DNA from: Candidatus Melainabacteria bacterium 17Bon1m
Lineage (GTDB): Bacteria > Cyanobacteriota > Vampirovibrionia > Obscuribacterales > Obscuribacteraceae
NCBI GenBank assembly: GCA_032128875.1
Contig: JAVLKG010000002.1
Location: forward strand, 704,001-768,000
DNA length: 64,000 nucleotides
Reading direction: 5' to 3'
The position numbers were made by a program, and so were the translations under genes. Of the stretch, positions 18,371-27,341 are shown in pieces (the stretch's first letter is position 1; each line of letters begins with the position of its first letter). Under the pieces are notes generated by a model that did no database searches, was not told where the DNA came from, and saw only the letters and a list, made by a program, of their open reading frames with translations.

Positions 18371-18408
18371 TTGCAACACGTTGCTAGTTATTTGCAACAC
18401 GTTGCTAG
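18371..18408. repeat. 17-bp direct repeat, 2 copies
   Basis: TTGCAACACGTTGCTAG at 18371 and 18392. Confidence 0.85.
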
Positions 18409-18926
18409 GCCGATTTCGACAAATCGATCTTCTCGTGCTCTGTGCCTTCTTCTTTGTATTCTTCGCCGGTTACCGCGGCTTTGATGAATCCAAACAATTG
18501 CACGATTGAATACGATGGTGCATCCCAGTATTCTGCATATTCAGGAGTGACACGCATCACTGCGATCATTGGATCATCAGGACCTTTTGGAAACCAGGCT
18601 TTCATCAATGGATTCCAGAGTTCATGTACTTTTTTCGTGTCGCGATATGTTTGACCGTATCCGGAAATAGATACATACCGCTGAGATCCAACATCCATGT
18701 AGGCTAGGTTGACTTGCTCTTGTTGACTAACCTCAGCGACTTTTGCGGTGTTTGTATATGTCAAAAACCACAGCGCGTCATCAACATTCACTTCATGCGT
18801 CGCCATCGGACGGCTGCGCAATTGACCATCCGCACTAATGGTTGTGAGCATCGCTACTTTGATGTCTTTGATGAGTTCCTGCAATTTCTTTTTGGAATCT
18901 TCATCATAGTAATTCTGACCTTTCAT
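18405..18926 (-). CDS. pyridoxamine 5'-phosphate oxidase-like general stress protein
   Basis: IKVAMLTT...LRSRPM, LWFLT, WNPLMKAWFPKGPDDP, AEYWD. Confidence 0.9.
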   Translation of the reverse strand: MKGQNYYDEDSKKKLQELIKDIKVAMLTTISADGQLRSRPMATHEVNVDDALWFLTYTNTAKVAEVSQQEQVNLAYMDVGSQRYVSISGYGQTYRDTKKVHELWNPLMKAWFPKGPDDPMIAVMRVTPEYAEYWDAPSYSIVQLFGFIKAAVTGEEYKEEGTEHEKIDLSKSA

Positions 18927-19009
18927 TCTGTTACTCCTTTGCTCGCATCGTTGCGCGTTGCTCTGGTTTCAACAGAATGACTGGTGAATTTGATGAGGGT
19001 TCCTGATGA

Positions 19010-20020
19010 TTAAGGTTGAACTACGCTTGGCTCTGTTGGAGGTGGCGGAGTGTATCCGCCCACAGGCTGGCTGATCACAGGCTGTTGTGGCGTGAACGGC
19101 TGCGGCTGTGGTTGTGGTTGAGTTACTGGAGTGCCAGGAAGTGATGAACTGGGAGAGCCGGTTGTCGTTGAGGTTGAATTACCAATGTTGTTGAAATCTG
19201 GAGGCGCAGTCTTGCTCATCATTTGGAAACCAAAGAATGCAAGCGCGATCACAACAACCAGAGCTGCAATCATCATATATCCGGTATTGTTGTTCGCTGG
19301 CAAATCACGATTTTGGAATTGATAATTCGCATTAGGGTCTTGCACAGGCAGACCGGATGCAGACGATGATGTCATTGCCGATTGATAGGTGTTGTAATTC
19401 TTCATCCACTGCGGCTGTTCCCCTGGTGGCTTTGCAGGTGCCGAAGGTGGGCGAGATCCCGGGGTTGGAATAGCGTTGAGGTCGGTCGCGCTGACGCTCG
19501 CGGAATTACCCATTCCTGGTGTAGGAATCGCATTCAACTGATCAGCAAAACTCAAGGAGCCACCGGCCGCGGCCGCTGCAGCCGCTGGAGCAGCGGGAGC
19601 CTCAGGTGCTTTGGCCGCTGCGCCCGGAGTTGGGATTGCATCTAGCTGACTCTTTGTAATTGAGGCCGCGGACTTTTGTCCGGGGGTTGGAATAGCATTT
19701 AGTTGATCAGCAATACTTGATTCTGGTTTCGCCGCTGACGGAGCCGGAACTGGAGCTGGCGCTGCTTTTGCGCCCGGCGTCGGAATAGCGTCCAGCGCGG
19801 ATTTCATATTTTGCTGGCTGCTGGCGGGTTTGGGCGCCGGAACGGAAGGTGGGGCAGGCTTTGCTGCCGCGGCGGCGGGGGAGCCCGGCGCCTTAATGGC
19901 ATCAAGCTGTGCTTTCATACTTGCGCCTGTGTCCGCGTGACCCTTGCAATGTGCTTCTGGGGATGCCGGATCGGCGACTTTGGATTTCCCACAAATGGAA
20001 CAGAGATTTGCGTCAGTCAT
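19010..20020 (-). CDS. Pro/Ala-rich single-pass membrane protein with repeated L(D/N)AIPTPG motifs
   Basis: N-terminal CSIC...HCKGH; six motif copies; TM helix near C-terminus. Confidence 0.75.
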   Translation of the reverse strand: MTDANLCSICGKSKVADPASPEAHCKGHADTGASMKAQLDAIKAPGSPAAAAAKPAPPSVPAPKPASSQQNMKSALDAIPTPGAKAAPAPVPAPSAAKPESSIADQLNAIPTPGQKSAASITKSQLDAIPTPGAAAKAPEAPAAPAAAAAAAGGSLSFADQLNAIPTPGMGNSASVSATDLNAIPTPGSRPPSAPAKPPGEQPQWMKNYNTYQSAMTSSSASGLPVQDPNANYQFQNRDLPANNNTGYMMIAALVVVIALAFFGFQMMSKTAPPDFNNIGNSTSTTTGSPSSSLPGTPVTQPQPQPQPFTPQQPVISQPVGGYTPPPPTEPSVVQP

Positions 20021-20279
20021 AGGTTGAACTCAAAATCGGGGCGATTATTAACTATGTCAAAACATTATATACGGTAGGTTGTACCCGATTTTTTAGCCCA
20101 TTCATCATGCCCAAGATGCTTACAGGCTGAGACTTTCAGGTTTTGTCACGAGGGATACGGATTGCCATATGTGCACTTTTGCCAATTGCACGCGTTTTTC
20201 CAGGCGGAAAACCATCTAAGGCCGATAAAATCGTTGCTTGCAGAATTTTGCAATTCAGGAAAAAAACAAGGACAAGTTC

Positions 20280-21314
20280 ATGACAAGTACGATGCAAACT
20301 AAGAACCGACAGTTTCGCCTTAAATCAAGACCAAGCGGTCGGGTGACAAACGACAATTTTGATTTTGTCGAAGAAACAATTCCTGAATTGGCTAAAGACC
20401 AGATTTTGGTGCGCACCATTTATCTTTCACTCGATCCTACAAATAGAATCTGGATGAGTGACATGGAGCAGTATTTGCCGCCGGTACAGATTGGCGATGT
20501 TATGCGCGGACTTGGGATTGGCAAAGTTGTTCAATCGAAGAATCCTAAATTCAAAGAAGGGTCGTATGTAAGTGGCGTGCTAGGGTGGCAGGAATATGTC
20601 GTGTCAGATGGCAGAGGCGCTTGGCCGCTGACGGTTTTGCCAAAGTTGCCTGGTTTATCTTTGGAAATTATGGCTGGCGCTGCTGGTATGACCGGACTCA
20701 CTGCTTTTTTCGGATTGTTTGAAATCGGCAAGCCTAAAGAAGGGGAGACGCTGGTTGTCTCCGCCGCAGCCGGTGCCGTCGGTAGCATTGTCGGACAGCT
20801 CGGTAAAATTAGCGGACTGAGAGTTGTTGGTATTGCCGGTGGTGAGGAGAAGTGCAGATGGCTCAAGGATGAACTGAAGTTTGATGCCGCTATCGACTAC
20901 AAAAATCCTAATTGGAAGCAACATCTTGAGGAAGCGACTCCTAATGGAGTCGACATCAACTTTGAAAACGTCGGTGGCGAAATAATGGAAGCCGTCTATA
21001 AGCGGATGAACTTGCATAGCCGTTTTGTGTTGTGTGGGCTGATTTCCGGATATAACGATACCGATGACAGTAAGTCTCGACTCAGCATTGCACGCGCGCT
21101 CATGCAACGTATCAAGATCGAAGGATTCATAATTACTGACTATGTCCAACGCTTTCAGGAAGCTGCGACCAAGTTGGTTATGTGGATGGCCGCAGGGAAA
21201 ATCAAGCACAAAGAAACAATTATCGACGGACTAGATAAAGCTCCTGAATCGTTGAATCTCTTGTTTGACGGCGGCAATGTCGGAAAGCTCTTGATCAAAG
21301 TATCGGAGCCTTAA
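20280..21314 (+). CDS. NADP-dependent oxidoreductase (CurA/YncB, prostaglandin reductase-like MDR)
   Basis: YLSLDP, GMTGLTAFFGL, VSAAAGAVGS, FENVGG, CGLISGYN, GNVGKL. Confidence 0.92.
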   Translation: MTSTMQTKNRQFRLKSRPSGRVTNDNFDFVEETIPELAKDQILVRTIYLSLDPTNRIWMSDMEQYLPPVQIGDVMRGLGIGKVVQSKNPKFKEGSYVSGVLGWQEYVVSDGRGAWPLTVLPKLPGLSLEIMAGAAGMTGLTAFFGLFEIGKPKEGETLVVSAAAGAVGSIVGQLGKISGLRVVGIAGGEEKCRWLKDELKFDAAIDYKNPNWKQHLEEATPNGVDINFENVGGEIMEAVYKRMNLHSRFVLCGLISGYNDTDDSKSRLSIARALMQRIKIEGFIITDYVQRFQEAATKLVMWMAAGKIKHKETIIDGLDKAPESLNLLFDGGNVGKLLIKVSEP

Positions 21315-21426
21315 GTAATGACTGTGAAACGTGGAGCGCAAATCCCTTGAAAGGGGGTGCGCACTTTCGCGGAAAGCATTAATATAGTCACAGTTGTCGT
21401 TGAAGTCGCCTTCTCGGAGAAGCACC

Positions 21427-21531
21427 ATGGGAAAAGAGCAAAAGCAGAAGAAAGAAGTGAAAAAGAAGCCGGCTAAGACTCAGAAAGAGAAAAAGGCCGC
21501 AAAACAAGAGAAGAAGCGGTCCGGCTCGTAG
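21427..21531 (+). CDS. 34-aa Lys-rich small protein (not in ORF track)
   Basis: GGAGA RBS; MGKEQKQKKEVKKKPAKTQKEKKAAKQEKKRSGS*; followed by a strong terminator. Confidence 0.75.
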   Translation: MGKEQKQKKEVKKKPAKTQKEKKAAKQEKKRSGS

Positions 21532-21551
21532 TTCAACCGCATTCAGGTTTC

Positions 21552-21593
21552 AAAGCCATAAGCTAGCGCCAGGGTGCGGCTTATGGCTTTTTA
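21552..21593 (+). terminator. intrinsic terminator
   Basis: AAAGCCATAAGC...GCTTATGGCTTT stem followed by T tract. Confidence 0.8.
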
Positions 21594-21698
21594 GTCGACA
21601 AGAGGAACGCGAAGCTGTTAGACCGTGTTCTCAAAGATCAAATTGCATTAGAATAGCCTGCTGAATCGTTTGGTTACCTTTGGTTTCCTGTATCTCAA

Positions 21699-22547
21699 AT
21701 GCCTGGCGCAGCAATAATGTGGATTCGAGATGGCGTTCTGGTCAACAGAATGCACCTAAATCCCGTCGCGTTTGCCTTTGCTTATTGGTTTTTCACTCCT
21801 CCTGAAAAGCGTTCGCGACTGACGATTGAGCGCTTGATCAATTTCGGTTTTACCAAATCGGGCTTTTCTTGCGCCGATAAAATGTTTCTTTTCAATCAAG
21901 AGAACGATGACGCATTGACCGATGTTGACGCTGCTGCCAGCTTCTACAACGAGCTTGCGACGGTAGCTGCCGAGTCGTGCTCCTATTTCGATGGCGCTAT
22001 TGAATTGCTTGGAGATTTGCAGAAGGCGGGTGTTTACAGCTACATCACATCGGCAGTTGAGCAGGAAGTTCTCGACAAATGGGCCCAAAGTCCCCAAGGT
22101 AAATTGATTAGTCCGAAGTTGATGGAAATCTTGGGAAGACGCCCGAATTTTTTTAAAGGGACCGATCACTTCGAATACGTCAGTGACACGGTAAAACCTG
22201 ATTGTATTTACTACGTGGCGGATGCTGTTTCGGAATTGCTAACGGTGCTTGCTAACAAGGAACGATTCAAGATTGTTTCGATCGGTTTTTCTTATTGCAT
22301 AGATAAACCGCAAGTGATGGAAGCCGTTAGATTGGTGAAGCAGACCTTGAGCAGTTTTTCTCCTGGTGCTATTCCATATCCTGAAGATTTAGAAGTGGAC
22401 GAGACTAAACTGCAAGTTCCGGAAGAATACCAACTTGCGGATTCGCTTAGAGGTGCGGGTGCCGATCACGTTGCGGGGGGCGATGCGAACGAGATCTTTG
22501 CCAACCTCAGGCAGTATTTCGTGGACAGCGGTTTGCTAAAGCAATAA
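21699..22547 (+). CDS. HAD-like fold hypothetical protein (degenerate motif I)
   Basis: WIRDGVLV, FDGAIELL..L, YITS, YVADA resemble HAD motifs. Confidence 0.6.
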   Translation: MPGAAIMWIRDGVLVNRMHLNPVAFAFAYWFFTPPEKRSRLTIERLINFGFTKSGFSCADKMFLFNQENDDALTDVDAAASFYNELATVAAESCSYFDGAIELLGDLQKAGVYSYITSAVEQEVLDKWAQSPQGKLISPKLMEILGRRPNFFKGTDHFEYVSDTVKPDCIYYVADAVSELLTVLANKERFKIVSIGFSYCIDKPQVMEAVRLVKQTLSSFSPGAIPYPEDLEVDETKLQVPEEYQLADSLRGAGADHVAGGDANEIFANLRQYFVDSGLLKQ

Positions 22548-22812
22548 GCACTGCGACAAAGCATTTTGTGCGTCTTTCTGTCTAGGACAGGCTTTTGCGA
22601 TGTTTTACTAGCGCTCCGGTAGGTGCCGAGGAGCGTTTAATCTTCGTGACCAACTTCTGACCGCAGATTTCCATAGAGTGCAAGCACCCCTCAACTAGCT
22701 GCCGCAGACATCACTCACTGTGATTTCCAGCACATGGCGTTGAGATTCGACTGTCCGGATACGCCTTCCGAAGCGCAGTCTTCAATAAATAATTTACGGA
22801 GAGGAAACCTTA

Positions 22813-23796
22813 ATGACATACGAAAGCCAAGGCCATCGCGGTGGAGAAGTCCCAACACAGCCAGCGCCGCAATTGAATTTGCTCGATCTGAACAGTAATC
22901 GTAATCTCAATCGTAACGACAACGCCAACAGCAATCGTAACGACAACGTCAACAGCAATCGCAACGATAACATCAACAGTAATCGCAATGACAATACGTT
23001 GATAAATGCGCCGCGCCAGGATGTTCGAGTCAACACCGGTCCAAATACATCAGATTCGCGCTCCAATGCCGTATCTGGCTCCAACTCCAGTGCCGATGCT
23101 CGTGGAGGCAATGCTCAAATCAACGACAACCGTTCTGAAAATGTCAAATATTATGGTGGCAGCGCTACCGCGCCGAATGTGTACGCAAGCGGATTTTGCA
23201 GTGAAGGTGGAAGCACCGGTGTATATGTTCTTGGATTTGGAGTAAGTGGTGGCAAAACCACTCTCAACCAAGAGTGCCTGAAGAAAGAGGATTTCCAGCG
23301 CACCATGCAGCAGGTTTGCAAAGCCAGCGACGAACACGCGATGGTTGCCCTTCAAAGTTTTCAATTAGAATTGCAAGCCGGTAATCAACTCGGCACCAAC
23401 CCATACGCACCGGGTGTTGGCGCGGGTGCACGTAGAATTGCCAACGCAAAAGCAGAAGTGTCACTGCAGTTGGATAGCGTATGTTCCACTCTGGCTAACA
23501 GCGCCGATGCCACCATGGACTCGATGAAGAAGCTTGGTCTGGACAAGCCGATTATCATTCCAGGTCAAGCCAGCAACGCTGCTGAACAGCGAATGCTTGA
23601 CGAAGCTGTAGCTCAAAAGCTCGAAGAGTTCAATAACCGAGTCACAAAGGTAGAACAGAGATCCACCGAGGTCAATGTCACTACAATCAATGTGTTGCCT
23701 GAGCCACCAAAACCGGTGCATCGTCCTCAACCAGCCAAGCCAAAACCCGTAGCACCAGCCGCGGAAGATTGCCCTCCTGGTGCAAAAAAGAAGTAA
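22813..23796 (+). CDS. hypothetical protein with Asn-rich repeats
   Basis: RBS GGAGAGG; 327 aa; NSNRNDNx repeats; Pro-rich tail; no signal peptide. Confidence 0.75.
   Translation: MTYESQGHRGGEVPTQPAPQLNLLDLNSNRNLNRNDNANSNRNDNVNSNRNDNINSNRNDNTLINAPRQDVRVNTGPNTSDSRSNAVSGSNSSADARGGNAQINDNRSENVKYYGGSATAPNVYASGFCSEGGSTGVYVLGFGVSGGKTTLNQECLKKEDFQRTMQQVCKASDEHAMVALQSFQLELQAGNQLGTNPYAPGVGAGARRIANAKAEVSLQLDSVCSTLANSADATMDSMKKLGLDKPIIIPGQASNAAEQRMLDEAVAQKLEEFNNRVTKVEQRSTEVNVTTINVLPEPPKPVHRPQPAKPKPVAPAAEDCPPGAKKK
22891..22995 (+). repeat. 24-bp intragenic tandem repeat (NSNRNDN[A/V/I])
   Basis: About four degenerate copies of AACAGCAATCGTAACGACAACGTC. Confidence 0.8.
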
Positions 23797-23829
23797 CTGG
23801 CGAAACTTGAGGAATTCCCGATGAGAGCT

Positions 23830-24585
23830 ATGGAGTATTCTGGTGCCGATTTTGATCGGCATCAGTTGGATGAAAGAAACAGCGAACCAAACGGTCTTGG
23901 TATCGAAGCACTTCGCCTGTTGGATCAAAAAGCGGCGCGTAATATAAACACGTCAGATGGTTGGGCGCCGGCATCTGTTCTTGATTCTTCTGGAAAGAAA
24001 GTGTATGCGAGCTGGGCTGCTGAAATTCTCGATGCAAAACAGTACACGGTCAGAGCAGGGGACAGTCTCTATCAGATTGCCAGGCGCTCTCTAGGTGTAA
24101 CTGGAAATCCCGATGCGACCCAATCTGAAATCAAACGCGAGATGCATCGCATCACCGAATTGAATAAGAAAGAGTTTCCGGAACTGCGAAAAGGTCGGGT
24201 TGCCGAAGGGGCTACGCTAGTTTTAGAAGCACCAAAAGTATTGCCTGCGGCGCAAGCAGACACATCTGCAACCCGCACCGATCTACCGTCCGATTCGTTG
24301 CCTCAGGCTCGTAATGGAGATTGCGCTCCGCGAGCCAGAGTCGAGGTGAAAAATGCTGTGGTTCATGCAGAGAAATGCGACAACTTTGAACTCTTCGAAA
24401 ATGGAATTGCAGTCGTAAGACCGGGTGCTGATGTTATAGTCAATTCTGGTGGACGAGCTTTCGTATTCGGCGGCAGAGTATCGGCTCGTGTCGGCTCGAG
24501 TGTCATTGCTGTCGGCGGAGATGTCGATGCACAGCCGGGTTCCAGAGTTAGATATGTGACCGATACGCGAGCGACATTCAGGTAA
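23830..24585 (+). CDS. LysM-domain protein
   Basis: YTVRAGDSLYQIARR...ITELN LysM pattern; C-terminal Gly/Val-rich beta repeats; start 23821 or 23830. Confidence 0.7.
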   Translation: MEYSGADFDRHQLDERNSEPNGLGIEALRLLDQKAARNINTSDGWAPASVLDSSGKKVYASWAAEILDAKQYTVRAGDSLYQIARRSLGVTGNPDATQSEIKREMHRITELNKKEFPELRKGRVAEGATLVLEAPKVLPAAQADTSATRTDLPSDSLPQARNGDCAPRARVEVKNAVVHAEKCDNFELFENGIAVVRPGADVIVNSGGRAFVFGGRVSARVGSSVIAVGGDVDAQPGSRVRYVTDTRATFR

Positions 24586-24648
24586 GAGGCTCGCAAATTC
24601 CTGAGTTTTTCTCTTTGCATACTAGCGATCTCCTGATACGCTTTTGCC

Positions 24649-26745
24649 ATGCAAGAAACTATTCATGAATTCAAGCCATATATTGCGTCGGAAGAAAACG
24701 TCAAAGAGCTAACACCAAGAGCAATCATTCTTGGATGTATGTTCGGAGTTTTGTTCGGAGCTGCATCTGTTTATCTCGCATTAAAAGCGGGTCTCACTGT
24801 ATCTGCATCGATTCCCGTCGCGGTCCTTGCAATATCGCTTGGGCGCAAGTTGCTCAAGACGACAATTCTTGAAAACAACATCATTCAAACTACCGCTTCT
24901 GCCGGCGAGTCGATAGCATCGGGCGTCGTTTTTACCTTGACTGGGTTTCTCTTCCTGAGTGTTACCGACAAAGGCGAAAGTGTCGGCGCACCATTTTTCG
25001 ATTACTGGACCATCTTCATTCTTGCCGCGCTTGGTGGCATTCTCGGAACGTTGATGATGATTCCTCTCAGGCGGTCTTTGATCGTCAAAGAGCACGGCAA
25101 TCTCCCATATCCCGAAGGCACCGCTTGCGGCTCTGTATTGATAGCGGGCGAAAAGGGTGGCAGCTCTGCTAAGACTGCATATTTGGGACTCGGATTCGCA
25201 ATGTTGTACGCATTCTTTCAACACGTGCTTCACGTAATTGCCGAAACCCCGACTTACGTTACTAAACAAACCAACAAGTTTTTCCCCTCCGCCACCGTCA
25301 ACGGCGAAATCACACCCGAATATATGGGAGTGGGATATATCGTCGGATTTAGAATTGCCGGATGTTTAGTGGCTGGTGGCGTGCTCGCATGGCTTGGTTT
25401 GATACCGCTTCTGGCGAGCATTGTGCCAATGGACACGATTGCGCAGCAGTTGGTAAAGCTCGGCAACTTGCAGAGTCTGTCTGCAGTAGGTGGTCCAGGA
25501 AATTGGGACCCCAACACGCATACGTTTGCAAACACTGCGGAGGCGGTTTATCGCGCATATGTTCGTCAGATTGGTGCTGGTGCGGTTGCTGCCGGTGGTT
25601 TCTTCACTCTTTTGAAAACAATTCCTACCATCATCTCTTCTTTCCGAGACAGTTTGGGCTCCTTCAAATCTGATGGCAGCGCAGGAGCTGTTTCACGTGT
25701 GGACAATGATTTGTCCATCAAAACAGTACTCATCGGCTCGGTGGTTCTTGTTGCTTTGATGGTGGCACTACCTCAAATACCAGGCGATTCAATTGTGCAA
25801 AAACTGCTCATTGGCGTGCTGGTAATTATCTTTGGATTCTTCTTTGTCACGGTATCAAGCAGAATCGTCGGCTTAATCGGATCAAGCTCTAACCCGATTT
25901 CCGGTATGACAATTGCCACACTCATGGCGACTTCGCTTGTCTTCATCGGATTTGGATTGACCGGTCATTTGTATGAACCGATGGTCCTTGTCGTTGGAGG
26001 TATCGTGTGTATTGCAGCAGCCAATGGTGGCGCTACGTCACAGGATTTGAAGACAGGTTACATCGTTGGTGCCACTCCGAGAAATCAGCAGATCTGTTTA
26101 TTTATCGGTGCTGTTGTTGCATCTATTGTGATTGGTTTAACTGTCAAAATGCTCGATCACCCTTCGCCCGATATGGTGGCAAAAGGTATTGTTCACGCAA
26201 TCGGCAGCGACAAGTTTCCCGCACCTCAAGGCACTTTGATGGCGACACTCATCAAAGGAATGTTGTCGTTCAATCTTGATTGGAACTTTGTTTTAGTCGG
26301 TGTGTTTCTTGCCACCACAATGGAGCTTTGTGGTGTCAATGCGTTGAACTTTGCAGTTGGTGCATACCTGCCCTTATCTACAACGCTTCCCATTTTCGTT
26401 GGTGGTGTGATAAAGAAATTTGTTGAGATTTCGGCGAAACGAAAAGGCGTGGAATCTGCTGATGATGAGTTAGGGAGCGGAAGCTTATTCGCGACGGGGC
26501 TGGTCGCCGGTGGTGCACTTGCAGGCGTAATCGTTGCACTACTGTCGATACCAGAGCCAATCTACAAGTTTTTGCAGTCTGTAAGTTGTGAGCACACGCT
26601 GACCAGCATGCTTGGAGATCAAGGCTACCAGCTTGCAGGTGTGATCTTCTTTACGCTTATGGGGCTGACTTTGTATCGCGTAGCGACCAAGGGTGAAGAG
26701 CCGCCCGCAGAGAACAAAACGGACGAAGCTCTAGCTACCAGATGA
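24649..26745 (+). CDS. OPT-family oligopeptide/metal-chelate transporter
   Basis: ELTPRAIILG, LKAGLTVSASIP, ILENNIIQT, LPYPEGTAC, SSNPISGMTI, SQDLKTG, PAPQG; many TM helices. Confidence 0.93.
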   Translation: MQETIHEFKPYIASEENVKELTPRAIILGCMFGVLFGAASVYLALKAGLTVSASIPVAVLAISLGRKLLKTTILENNIIQTTASAGESIASGVVFTLTGFLFLSVTDKGESVGAPFFDYWTIFILAALGGILGTLMMIPLRRSLIVKEHGNLPYPEGTACGSVLIAGEKGGSSAKTAYLGLGFAMLYAFFQHVLHVIAETPTYVTKQTNKFFPSATVNGEITPEYMGVGYIVGFRIAGCLVAGGVLAWLGLIPLLASIVPMDTIAQQLVKLGNLQSLSAVGGPGNWDPNTHTFANTAEAVYRAYVRQIGAGAVAAGGFFTLLKTIPTIISSFRDSLGSFKSDGSAGAVSRVDNDLSIKTVLIGSVVLVALMVALPQIPGDSIVQKLLIGVLVIIFGFFFVTVSSRIVGLIGSSSNPISGMTIATLMATSLVFIGFGLTGHLYEPMVLVVGGIVCIAAANGGATSQDLKTGYIVGATPRNQQICLFIGAVVASIVIGLTVKMLDHPSPDMVAKGIVHAIGSDKFPAPQGTLMATLIKGMLSFNLDWNFVLVGVFLATTMELCGVNALNFAVGAYLPLSTTLPIFVGGVIKKFVEISAKRKGVESADDELGSGSLFATGLVAGGALAGVIVALLSIPEPIYKFLQSVSCEHTLTSMLGDQGYQLAGVIFFTLMGLTLYRVATKGEEPPAENKTDEALATR

Positions 26746-27019
26746 ACTGAGCTTTTTGGTCGCCGCTTACGTATTGAAAGCCGAATTGCTCGACTTCGCT
26801 AGGATCGCAGTTGAAGAATTCAACTACATGCACATCCTTTTTCGATACCGGGAGTGGCGCTCCGACTGCACGGAAGAGTTCGATTGTTCTCTTTGTGTCG
26901 AGAACTACCTGGGTCGAGCGGCGTGAGTCGCCGTAAAAGGTAACGGAAGCCAGCCAGCCTTCGGCTTGGCGCTTGATTTGGACGATTCCACGAGTGCCTA
27001 CTTTGGTTGCCGTGATCAT
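26735..27019 (-). CDS. hypothetical protein (94 aa)
   Basis: GGAG RBS before ATG (MITATKVGTRG...); convergent overlap with OPT stop. Confidence 0.6.
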   Translation of the reverse strand: MITATKVGTRGIVQIKRQAEGWLASVTFYGDSRRSTQVVLDTKRTIELFRAVGAPLPVSKKDVHVVEFFNCDPSEVEQFGFQYVSGDQKAQFIW

Positions 27020-27341
27020 GATTGACTCCAGTCTCAGGATACAGAAGAGATTCCAGAAAAAATTGCCCGCCACGAGCAAAGGCTGGTCCTCTACTACCTG
27101 GCAAAGAGGGGCAATCATAAGCTACAAACCACTGCCCGTATACATTTATGCGCTGTAGGTGCTTGACAAACTTAATATTCTTGCGCCTGACGGGCGCCTA
27201 AGTTTGTGGGACGCGAATGCTTGTAAAGAGCTTGAAAGGCTTTTAGCTCAAACGTTTTGCGGGACCGCGTCCAGTAGCCCGATTGAGACTGACAAGCAGT
27301 ATCTCTTTGCAACCGGGGCGAGGTCTGGTTCTCTCCGGATG

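Noticed and set aside
22548-22812. Riboswitch upstream of the Asn-repeat gene
   Set aside because: Only weak hairpins, with no recognisable aptamer consensus.
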